Shown here one piece after another: positions 25,085-40,813 of a stretch of 49,874 bases of DNA. Position 1 is the stretch's first letter; every line of letters starts with the position of its first letter. The stretch spans positions 1 to 49,874 of the forward strand of contig JAHBMJ010000402.1 of assembly GCA_018398765.1 (NCBI GenBank), in the 5' to 3' direction. The position numbers were made by a program, and so were the translations under genes. The notes below the pieces were generated by a model. The model was not told where the DNA came from. It saw only the letters and a list, made by a program, of their open reading frames with translations, and did no database searches. The stretch comes from Chromera velia (Eukaryota).

Positions 25085-25600
25085 TTAGACCCCATACCTG
25101 GAACATGCAGTCTCTGCAGAAATTTCGGTGTCTGCCGTGTACGCAAAGACCTTTACCCCCGCACTTTTTATAGTAACGTCGTATTGATGGTGTTCACAGA
25201 TCCCTCTTCCCCCACAATCGTTACATTTGTATCTTTGGCGACCATGCACACATACACGACTACCTTTACATTGCACATCCTTGCATGAATACTTCTGCCG
25301 ACCGTGTACGTAAATACTGCTTCCTGCATATTCTATACAGTCTGATTTGTGGCGCTTGTGCATTGCATACAATAGTAAGGATTTCGACCGTGCGGACATT
25401 TTTTTTCTCTTTTTGCACGGTAACCTCTTGTCTCGTATGGCGGTACCCATAAACACCGGCAAAGTATCAGATGGCAGCTTTGCAGGAAGACTGTCAGTGA
25501 GGGGCAGCACAGCAAAAGGGGACATACATATGTTAGAGAGTGACTTATAAATAAAATTTTCTTCTATCGCAGAACACGCGTTTCTTTCTGTTTCGCTCAT
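25085..25600 (-). pseudogene. Decayed tandem Cys/His repeat protein (C-x-HGR-x4-C-x2-C-x-G-x2-IC-x-H type)
   Basis: KKCPHGRNPYYCMQC lies in one frame; IYVHGRQKYSCKDVQCKGSRVCVHGRQRYKCNDCGGRGICEH lies in another. This implies a frameshift, and some repeat cysteines are substituted. Confidence 0.65.
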
Positions 25601-28479
25601 CGGGTAGAACAGACGTGGTCAATACCAGCAAATTAAGTTGCCCACAGTCAGCAGATACCAACAAAGTGAGATCTTGGCGTTGCTGATGGCCCCAACAGTG
25701 TTACTCCCTGAGTAGCTGTATTTCTAAGTTTTTTATCGCAGCTGCAAGGATGCCTGCATGAGAATTCTCACCAAACACAGGTTTCAGGACAATCTCGCAG
25801 AACATTTTTGTTAATTTTCCGTACAAGCTAGTTGTGGCTGGTTGATAGCCTAAGGAGAGACAGGCTTGTTAAATGGGGGCATATGACAGAAAAGAACGGA
25901 TATAACAGCACACGTAAAACTTAACACCCATAGAAGAAGGAACATGGGGAGATGTGGATTGTGTTCATATAACAATTAATACTTTGCTCAGTAGGAAAAA
26001 AGGCGTGTCGTCCTTAGAGCCACGCAATAAAAACTATGATTCAGAAATATTCAGAATAGAGATGACGGAAAAGAATCAGGGATAGAAAAAATAAATTAAT
26101 ACTAAACAGGAGAAGATAAGAGATGTAATATCAGGAAACGAACCGATGAACAATCGTGAATCGTTCACTGTCACAGTTAATAGGAATTGGAGGAGCAACC
26201 AAAATGTTGACAGTCCACAAGCGGTTTTCTGCGTCTTTCAAGATTCCTGGTAGAGTCAAGCGAGCTTATACTGTACTTCAGAGGAACGTAACTTGTAACA
26301 ACTCAGGAGAGAGAAGCTTTACGGGCTGCACGGAGAGCATGGAGAGAGGCTCATCGATTATATATTGAAACCCTAGATTGAACCCTAGATTAAAACTACA
26401 TGCTATAGTTGAATGGACTCTGGACTACGTGTAAACTGGTATTCGAGTGCAAAGTAGAGTCAGGGAGTCGGAGGCGGTGCAAGAAGGAAAACACGAGGGA
26501 ACGAGCGGGAACGAGAGCAAGAGCAAGATTTGGGTTCGTGCGTTGACTGTGCCACTGTGGGAATTTTAGATGGCAACGGGCAGTCGGATGCAGTCGGCAG
26601 TGGGAACGCGCTGTAGATAACAACAGACGAAATTGAGAAACAAACGCGGGAATGAACGACAGACTAAAATGTAAAGCACCGTAAGAGAAAGATGAAGGGT
26701 CATAATGGAAGGAGACTTAATTGTGTGACTATAAAAAGACTGCTGGACTGTGTTAGCGGAAAAACTGTCCGGTGGCGGCCCGGTGGTGAGATAGAGATGA
26801 GCAAAAAAACAACTAACAAACGAACGAGGGAGAATGAGCTCAATGCTAAGTCTTGGGCAAAATAGCATTGGCCCCGAGACACAAACTAATAATTTAAAGA
26901 AGATCGATATACACACAGACTGTAACTCTCAAAAAAAAGCAAACAAGCTCGATGCCAATTCCGGGGCAAAAGATCAGAAGACAGTCTTGCAAGAGTCTTA
27001 GAGATATGTAGACACTATTCATTAACAGATATAAAAATTCTGGTACAGACATGCACTCACTTCATGTACCTCCACACGAGCCTCCACGTCCATCCACGTC
27101 GTATTTCTGACTCAAAAAAAGCTTTTTACAACTTGAAGAGCGAGACGCAGAAAGCAAAGGAATCAAATGATATGATAAACACGCAAAGGATTGTGGTAAT
27201 GAAGCGCGATTGTAATAGAGACAGCCTCGGGAGACGACAACAAAAACTAGCTGGCCGGTTGGGCTAGCTAAAGAACTTTTGAATCTACGGCGACTGCCAA
27301 TGCACAGTTGAGTAGGAGGAGCTACTGGTATATAAGCGACCTTGCACTTTGCTCTTCGACACGTTTCTCAGTCACTGTGACTGTCCCTCAATTCACTGCA
27401 ACATAAAATTGTTCGGTTTAGAATTTTGGTGGCGTGTTTTGGTGCATGCAGAGCCAGGCTGAGCCAAGCTCCATGCATGCAGAGGGATTTTGCTTTTCCA
27501 GACCATTTGATCTGCGACTTTTTGGGATACGATTTTTGTCAGCAAGATTCATTATCAATTCTTTTGTTTTGGAGAGCCATGCAGAAGTTGTACATTGCAT
27601 GGCCCCAGAAATCAAGCTTCAACATTTATCAACATATAAACATCCATAAAAGTGTAAACAAATCCTATTGATTTGAATCGCAAAACCACTTTATTATCAA
27701 TTCTTTTGTTTTGAGGATCAAGCTAAAAAATCGGATTAACAATGTTTTAATTAAATTTTTTTTTGAGTATAAAATGCAAACTAAAGTGCATGACAATATT
27801 TTTTTAAATGTTTTTTATCATTTGCATGTAATCTATCTGTATGACTAATCACTAGTAGTTAGTGGCAGTAAATCAGTAGGAGCTCGTCTTTGCAAGGCCT
27901 ACAACAAAGCTAAATAGACAGTAAGAAACCTAGTCAGAAACTCCAGCTCTTTTACTAAAGTACACGTTAAAAATAGTTAAAAATCCATAATTTTTTTTAA
28001 ACAACTCGTATCATTGGCAGGTTAGGTAGTGACGGAAAATTTCAAATAAATTAGAAAAGGCTAAACTCGAAAAGTCATGAATCAGATTCAATCATCTTCT
28101 AAAATTATATTGAAGTCGCCTTCAAAGTTATTCATGAAAGTTGTGATAAAACATTTTTTAAGGCCGATAAAGGCAGTTCGAAGTAATACAGGAAATGAAA
28201 CTATTTGAATATCTTGTCCGACCTAGAGAGTTGAATCATAACTTGAATGCCGTGTTGGTATAAGATTCATATGACACAAATCATGTTAAGTGAAGATCTT
28301 TGAAATTCTCATGCTAAATGATTTCCGTCACAATTTTGCGGTGCTTTGTTGCGGCCTATAGGTTGCAACAGTGATAGCAAAAACTTGAAGGAAGGCCAAC
28401 TTTTTGCACGTGCACAATATCAATAAAAGGGATAAAAGGAGATCGACTACTTCATGAAACGACAGCGCGGGCTCAAACA

Positions 28480-29016
28480 AAGAGAGAAAACAAACTTTGG
28501 GGGAAACAGACTCACTGACAGACAAAAAGAGAAAAATCAACTTCGAGGAAACAGGCTCACTGACAGACAAAGAGAAAAAAATCAACTTTTGGGAAACAGG
28601 CTCACTGACAGATAAAGAGAAAAAAATCAACTTCGGGGAAACAGGCTTACTGACAGATAAAGAGAAAAAAATTAACTTCGGGCAAATAGGCTCACTGACA
28701 GACAAAGAGAGAAAAATTAACTTCGGGGAAACAGGCTTACTGACAGATAAAGAGAGAAAAATCCTCACTGACAGACAAAGGGAGAAAAATTAACTTCGGG
28801 GAAACAGGCTCACTGACGCTCATTGACAGACAAAGAGAGAGAGAAAAATCAACTTCGGGGAAACAGGCTCACTGACAGACAAAGAGAGAAAAATCAACTT
28901 CGGGGAAACAGGCTCACTGACAGACAAAGAGAGAAAAATCAACTTCGGGGAAACAGGCTTACTGACAGACAAAGAGAGAAAAATTAACTTTGGGGAAACA
29001 GGCTCACTGATAGACA
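28480..29016. repeat. 45-bp minisatellite, ~11 full copies plus partials
   Basis: Unit AAATCAACTTCGGGGAAACAGGCTCACTGACAGACAAAGAGAGAA; AACTT anchors at 28851, 28896, 28941 and 28986. Confidence 0.95.
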
Positions 29017-32000
29017 AAGAGAGAGAGGAGAAGGAAAAGGCAAAAAAAAAAATAACGAGCTTGCGAAACAGCGATGGGTAAGCAGGACACTAACGAGAGC
29101 ATTATAGGGAAAGGCCTGAACACCCTTTCAGAGGATCGACAGATGGGCAAAACATAAACGTAGGTGCTCGTGTGAAGAGAAAAAAACCTAAACACCCTTT
29201 TAGAGAATCAGTGCGAGAAAGCTAGGAGCCAGAACGGGAAGACGGCTCAATAAAACACTGATAAGGAGACGGCTTGATAAAACATGGGTAAGAAACACAC
29301 ACAGTAAGCTTATACTGCATTCCAGAGATGTGGAACTCCTGACAACTTGGAAGGAAGAACCTTTACGAACTGCACAGAGAGCGCAAAAGAAAAAACTAAA
29401 GATCTGAGACAGCAGAAAAACAATGGAGACGTACGGCTAGTAATGGAGATAAGGGATAAAAAAAAACTAACCGATAAGAGCAGGAAGTTGATATTGTAGG
29501 GAATGGAGACCGGGCAAGACGAGGTCCAAGATCGTAATCACAGGGAGTGTCTGTCAAGAAATTCACTCTCCCAGAAGAGAGCACGGCACGAGGAGTCAAC
29601 AGACGAAGTGACCTTTTGTGTGTTCTACGACAACACCAGAGACGCGAAAAAAAAACTTGTCGAGTACGGAAGCTGACCAGACAGTTCCGGTAAAGCGCTT
29701 CTGTTCGAGGAGAAATGACAATGAGAGGCTTAGAAGGAATGTTATGAGAAAAGCGACAAATTGTCATTTAAGACACTGTAGACAGCAGCGAGTTAAGTGA
29801 CTATCATAGTTGTGGCCGTGCATTTGTTCGAAGGAGATAGCAAGATGATTCAGAACAGAGTTCATCTATCGGGGCTTCGGGCAAGTGTGTCGCTTTTAAC
29901 AAACCCGGGCAGGCACTATTAATGGAGGATGTCATAATTTTCTTTCATTAATGGAGGATGTTAGTAAAAATACATAAATTGTTCGAATACGTAGGGTCCC
30001 GAAAAGCAGATGCAACCCGAACTTGGTGGGAGCCAAAACATAAATATTATATATAGATATACCATATATATATGTTTGCTGTTTCCCGCAGAGAATTATT
30101 CTAGCCTCCGGTGCCGAGAGTTGAATTTGAAATAAATATTTCATTATTTTTACGTTAATTCCTTATACATAGGGGTCAATTCTTTCATTCTAAATTCCCG
30201 GTCGGCATTTAGTTACTACATTATTATTTTTACAGCTAGATACAAACAGTTAGGTTAAAAAAGTATTTTTACTAACATTTAGCTTCCGATTTAAATGTTG
30301 ACTTAGCATTTAGATTTAACTTAAATATTTTATGAGTTCCTCAATGCCTAACCCGACCGGGTCCATGGTTTTTAGCGGTGTAACGTCAGAGTTGCGGCTA
30401 TTGTTACCTTACTGTGGTGGTGAATAATTTTTTGGTAAATAGTATAGAAAATACACTATCAACTACTATCTGATAAGAACCATGTTGGTGTATGGTCGAC
30501 TAGTGGGCTTAGCAGACAGATTCACGTAAGTTGGACTCTATCAGTCAGGAGGAGTATCAGTCCAATACTAAGTACAGTCACGAGATAAGGACAACGATCA
30601 TGTACTTTGGGTGAGGATACACATCAATCGATCAGTCGCTGCATACCACTGAATGCGATAGGCCCGTACGCATGTGGCATGCCATGTGGGGCCGACTGAG
30701 AGGCAGTGTAAGGGCGGCGCACTGCTTGCGCCACTAGGGACGAGGCTACCCCGCGATGTAGGCAAAGCGCATGGCAGGTGTGAACGAAGGGGGTTCACAA
30801 CACTATCAACTTCTAGACGTGCTAGCTTCTAGATCACTGTGCGCTAGTTTGGACGCTGTTAATAAATGGAATTATACATCTACTTATACATGATGATAGC
30901 AGTGTTAACCTAGGTGTCGATGCACTTTAATGAAGAAAAGAGGTTGAAGTTGAACTCTAGGTTGAACTCCACAGATGATAAGGGATGATAGCGGTTGAAA
31001 GTGAACATGGACAGGCTGACCTATACGCATGGAGTCAATCTCTACCTGACCGTCGATTGAGAGTACGAACCGGTTTAACGGTCGTTCCGAGAAATTTTGT
31101 TTCTATTTTATAACCAAGTCGAGAATTCTGCTACACCCCGACACGAGTGGCAAAGACGGCAAAGAGACAAGCAGCAAGCTGCCAGCAAGCAATGCCAAGC
31201 ATGTCTTCTAGATCAATCGACGCACGCAAGTACAGCCGCAAGGGACGATCACCAAGCTGCCAGCAAGCTGTTAACAAAACTGAAGAGGGGGATGTCTCTG
31301 TCAAATCGACACACAAGAAAGACACCCGCCAGTCTGATTGTCACACAAATTTTACACCACAAGACTGGATGGGTTCGGAAAGAGGCGAATCCACATTGAA
31401 GTGACCCCCCGCTGTGGCACTAAGAACACCCATGCATCTCTCTCTAGAGAAAGAACACCATTGGCAATGAATGTTTGAACGTGCATCCATTCAACCATCG
31501 ACACCGAACTGATTCCACCATGCCCTCTCTGGAAAGGAGAGAAGTCGGATTTGTTACACAAAACAAAGAATTAAGAAGAAAAACAGTGGGGGGATACTGT
31601 CTGGATGTCAACGCAAGAAGTCCTTTGATTGCCTTTGCAAAATTATTTTCTTCTTCTTACCCCTCCCTCCGTCTTTCTGCGATGCTCCTCCCGCCCCAGC
31701 CCCCCCGGGGCCATGTCGGACATCAGTGAACTCACTTTCTTCCAACACATTATTTCGCAGCCCCCCCGGACATCAGTGAACTCACTTTCTTTCTGCCACT
31801 TATGCCTGCAGGCCATTCATCATCAGCCATCCGTCCATTCAAACTCCACTTGGCACTATTTATTGCTGCTACCTATGCACGCACGGACCTGACAAGACTC
31901 AAAGCACGGCACATACATCAACGCAACAAGCATTACAAAAAAAACCATGCGCATTCCCGTCCGCATTTTCAGAAAGAGAAAGTGGACGCCTTCCTTCCCA

Positions 32001-32280
32001 ACCCCCCTCCCCACCCTTCGACGAAAACCACCCCTCCCTCCTCGATGTGTGGGTCTACATCCACGCATCCACTTGCACGTGTCGTCTTCTTACAGTAACG
32101 ACAGACAGAAAGAAGTGAGGATCGAACGGAAAGAGGAACCCGAGAAAAAGCAGGCTGGAAACCAAGTTGAACAAATCAACAAGAGGAAAGAAAGCCGAGG
32201 AAGGAAGGAATACAGCAGACCTTCGAAGATGCACAGTTGGCCCAAAGAAAGAAAGAAATCTGCTCACGCCCCTCCCTCGA

Positions 32281-36192
<3,912 letters not shown>

Positions 36193-36939
36193 GACAGAGC
36201 AAAGGATGAATACAAACACACACAGCGATACAGAACGGACGTAAGAGCAAGACGGCGGAATCTTGGCGAGGGCTCAGATACGAAGAATACAGACAGAAGC
36301 GGTGAAAAGGAGACGGCCTCACAGGCCAATCCAGAAAAGTGACGGAATGCGAAGTTACTACAGCCTGTTGAGAACCGCAACGTTGAAGACTGGCACACAG
36401 CTATGGGACTGCCGCTTTTGAGGTCTGAAACACGGTGGAGAATGAGGAGTGTGAAAGGAATGCCGGGAGACGCGAAGTGGGAGAATGGGAGTGAAGGACC
36501 CGAAAGGCGGATTCTGCTACAAGACTGATCCCGGAAAGTGCATGGCAGAGTGCTGGACTGCAACCTTAAAAAGCGAATATACCGGGCCAGAGTCTCTATA
36601 GCTCGGACTTCGCTCTCTCCCTAACACTTGTCCCCATGACACAACTCCATCCCTACCCCTCACTTCATCTGTCTGCTCCGAGACGTTCTCCGGTAACTCA
36701 GAGTCCATCGTTCGCTTCTTATCCGAATAAACGAAGGTCGAATTATCAGGAGGAACTAGTAGGTTGACCTTCGACGTGATTGAAGAAACGGGCAAGGGTC
36801 AACAGAATTCACCGGGCAGAAAGCTGGAGGTGTGCCTGTTCCTGTCGAAGTGAAGTTGTCTCTTTGCCGTTGCATCTGGAAGGCGGCATTTCCTGTCCTT
36901 GATTATCCATCCAGCGTAGGAAACGAGGACTGCGGCAAG

Positions 36940-37713
36940 ATGGTCAAAGCCGACCAGCTCAACAAGACAGAGCTTGTTGAGCTTCTCCACACGGCAACAA
37001 ACACGAAGCAGAAAAACAAGGTAGGCCGAACAAGGTAGGCCATTGTGTCTGACGTCAGTCTCCTGAGAGATCGAACGGGCGGGCAACTTTTTCGGGACTT
37101 GGCTGTCGACATTCATGGCGCAAATTCAGATTTCACTTTTCCTCCGCTGTTGTCTTTATGTCTTGAGTTCTTTCTGTGTATAAAGTCAGTCTGACCCTTA
37201 CAGTCACACGAGCGCACAACCATCCAGCTCGTTTTCTTTCTCCCTGCCTGTTTGTCTGTCTCTCTGCTTAACCTTTTTTCCGGTACTTCTCTGCCTGACT
37301 GCCTTTCATTCTTCTGCCCATCTCATTCTTCTGCCTCGATTCTGTGTCTTCTGTCTGCGCGCGGCCTTCACACCAATTCTCCCGCAGGGGAGACAAAAAT
37401 TGTTTTTCTGCATGCACATCGAAAATAGCAGATGGAAAGAAGAGACGAAACAGAACGAATGGTCGTCCGACTGACAATTCAATTTGGTTTCCTCGCTCTC
37501 CAGTCTCCTCTTCTCGTCCCATCTCATCTTCTCTTTCATAAGCTCTCTGTCTGTCTGTCTGTCTGCCCCCCTCTCCTTTTGGAAGGAAGTGTGTTCACTT
37601 CCTGTTTTTTCTTTTCTTGCCTGCAGGTAGTGAAGCTGTTGAAAAGATTCGACTCCACTCCTCGGAAAGAGCTGGACGGTCGGTCGGTTGGTCCGTTCCT
37701 CCTTCGTTCAGAG

Positions 37714-37767
<54 letters not shown>

Positions 37768-38290
37768 TGTGTGAGTGTGTGTGTGTGTTTCTGTCTGTTC
37801 ACTGAATTTCTTCCTTGCACCCAGATTCTCTTGCACTTTCTTTCGCATTGCCAGTGTCTCTCTCAAGATTCTTCTTATCTGTTTCTTGCTCTCTCCGTAT
37901 GAGATGGTCAGTCTTGCACGGAGGGCAGACAGGCAGTTAGGCAGGCAGACAGATCGAGTGACAGACAGCGAGATTTGTCAAACCCGTAAGGGATTCGTGT
38001 AGTTGTTTTTCTTTCTGGGCACACGGAAAGGGATGCGTCCAGGCCGAGGAGAGGCGAGCTGACCAGCAATCTCCGAGAGAGAGTCTTTTCAGATAGGAGG
38101 AAGGAATTTATTTCTGAGGACGAAGCTCTCCCCAAAGGGTGTGTGTGGAAGTTCGCGATCGAATTTTTGCGGACAGTTTTTGACAAAATTGGTTCGTAAC
38201 GGGTAGAGGCGAACTGGAACTGCACATCGATCAACAAATAGACAGACGCCTCAATTCGAGTTCACCTTCTTACTCATTTCCTCTCCTCGC

Positions 38291-38333
<43 letters not shown>

Positions 38334-39298
38334 CGTGCAGATGAATGCGAGGGGAGTCGCATGAGAATCAAGCGATACGAGAAGCTTCAGGCGTTCATGT
38401 GAGTCAGTCAGTTCATTTACCCCCGGCCCCGAGTATTGCAACGGTGCACGCATGCGATACAGGCATGGCTGTGCTTCGCTAAGAACTTCGAAGAAAGAGC
38501 ATACAGGCGGGCATTCACACGAGTCCTCTTACACCACCCAACCCCCACAAACAGAAAACACTGGTGCGCTCTAAGTCGATCTCTTTCATTTTCCTCGGCA
38601 AGCGTTCCTTCCGTTTCTTTGGAGAGTGGGAGCAAAAAGAGATGCGAGAGTAACAGAGGGCAAATGAGAGGGAGGAGTAAAACAGGCTGGCACTCGCTCT
38701 TCATACCGTCATGGATTCAAGAATGTGAGGTGGTGGACGCGCACTGGCACGCACTCTACACACGCACACACGCGCGCGCACTCAGAGATAGAGAGAGGCG
38801 AAGAGAGGCACCAAAACAGACACTGATAGTGGGAGCGAGAAATAAATAACCTATCTTTCCTTCCTTCCCCACTCCTTCCTTCTGTTTTCTCTGAACGAAT
38901 GTCTCCATGCACACAAATATTTAACAACATTCATTTGTTTGCAGGTGCTGGAGGTGCGACAAGGTGAAGCTGACGGAATTCCGGGGCCAGTGGGACACGT
39001 CCAAGGGTGGGGTGGGGAGATGGGTATTTTTTCTTGAGATTTGTTCTTTTTTTTCTTCATATTCGGTATTTTTTTCAGTGCTCTTCTTGGCAATTTGTTT
39101 TTTCCTTGGCGGAATTCCAGGGCCTGTGGGACACGTCCAAGGGTGGGGTGGGGATGCGTGTGCTTGCTTGCACTACACATTGAGTGGTATGGGCCCTCGC
39201 GTGTGTGCTTGAGGAGATGCATTTGCGCGGCATCAGTCTCGTTTATGAGCAGTTGTTTGTTGTTCTGCCGCCAGGGGCTTTCTGCCTGGTTGTTTGTT

Positions 39299-39332
<34 letters not shown>

Positions 39333-39869
39333 GGCATGAAGAGGCGCGTGGAAACAGACAGAGAGACGGAATTAAGGGCCGAAAGAGAGCAGAGAGACTG
39401 TCCGTCTGTCTGTCAGTCAGTGAGCCAAAAGATCGAGGGATCGATTCGTTCGTTCTGACAGTCGTGTGCTTCTTTCTTTGTGCGTGCATGCATGCTCCTT
39501 CACTCCGGCCTGCGCTCCTTTTCTTATTTCAAACTGGAGAGATCACGCGTCCTTTTTCACGCATAAAGAAGTGAGTGGCTTACCTTAATGCTTCCATTGG
39601 CTTCCGACACCGAAGCGAACCAGACACCCGTACAGAAAAGTCTTTGTGTCGAGCCATTTCGGCTCCGCTGAGTAAGAGCGTAACCTACAGTCACGACGCA
39701 GGAATGCAAACGAACCGATTCATCCTTCATTCATCTGTCGGTCCATGTGCACAAACTTTGGGACTCTGCAGGAATGAAGACCATCTGCCACACGTGCTAC
39801 AACAGCCTGGTGGAATCCCGAAATCTGCGGGTCGCGCAACAAGAGTATGGACTCGTCAAGTCGAAGTGA
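36940..39869 (+). CDS. Uncharacterised 116-aa basic protein with a CxxC...CxxC zinc-ribbon signature; exons 36940-37020, 37627-37678, 38341-38398, 38945-39006, 39772-39869
   Basis: Five GT-AG exons total 351 nt in one open frame: MVKADQLNKTELVELLHTATNTKQKNKVVKLLKRFDSTPRKELDDECEGSRMRIKRYEKLQAFMCWRCDKVKLTEFRGQWDTSKGMKTICHTCYNSLVESRNLRVAQQEYGLVKSK*. Confidence 0.85.
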
Positions 39870-40813
39870 TCGAAAGGCAAAGCACAGTTTGAGAACTAAA
39901 TTCAATGGGGAGATACTCAGATAAAAGAATGAGTGGGGGCACTTAGTCTATAGGACACTGTATTGAAATCTAATCTCAAATCTGGTCTAATTTGGTCATT
40001 AACCTTAAATTATGTCATTATTATGACTATGACCTGATTGATTGATTGATTGATTGATTAATTGGTTCCGCGCTAGGCCTTCCCATTATGTCAAGGTGTC
40101 ATGACTTTATATCCAGAGCTGGTTAAATATTTGTAATGTTGGGTAGGAAAAAGTATGAACTAATGATAATATCTCGAGCTTTGTTAGCTGTGGCGACACT
40201 TTAGGCGTAGTTTTGGGCCAGTCTTTGGTTCAGTAGTAAAACTTAGGGCACTATAGCTATGGTAATACGTGATACGGAATCGATCGATCAATCATCATCA
40301 TCATCATACGCCATCGCCATCGGCCTATAAATAGGCGTCTAGCGTTCGGCGGCAACGCACGATCGAGGCAGTTTGGTTCTTTACACCAGCAGTTCACTTT
40401 AATTTATACTTAATTTAAACTAGGATGCTTCTTTTCAAACTTTTCTACTTCCGGAGCAGCATGCTTACGCATGAATGATGCTGATTCATGAGACGTAGTC
40501 TGCCACCCATGCCAAGCTCGATCAATCAATCATACCTCAAGTTAAGGTCTCCCCATTACAACTACTATTTGTCACAAGTTCTTTTTTAAAAAGAAGTTAT
40601 ACTGACCAGATCGGCAGCAATGCCTAGGAAAATGCATAACTTTTAGTTTAATCTTTGTTGCAGTTGTAGCTATTTTAAGCCTTACTTATCGTATGAGTCG
40701 GCTCCATTATATTTAGTTGGATTTTCAAATTCTACCTTTGGAGCAACTGCATTGCAGTATTTTGATTCACAACAAAGTAGCTACTAGTTCCTACTCCGTA
40801 ATCCACCGAAGAA

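Larger units (their letters stand above)
24400..31090. other. AT-rich intergenic island with decayed ORFs; probable degenerate mobile-element or foreign DNA
   Basis: Abrupt loss of the GT/CT/GTCT microsatellites, visibly higher A+T, and no spliced gene recognised. Boundaries are approximate and no terminal repeats were found by eye. Confidence 0.5.

Noticed and set aside
26100..26370. Retroviral-type protease remnant (LIGIGG flap-like motif)
   Set aside because: No intact D[ST]G catalytic motif and no RT or integrase motifs were recognised nearby; too weak without an HMM search.
26368..26392. Telomere-like AACCCTA repeats
   Set aside because: Only two copies of AACCCTAGATT, not a telomeric array.
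28480..29016. CRISPR-like regular repeat array
   Set aside because: Units are contiguous with no unique spacers, no cas genes are present, and the context is eukaryotic; it is a minisatellite.
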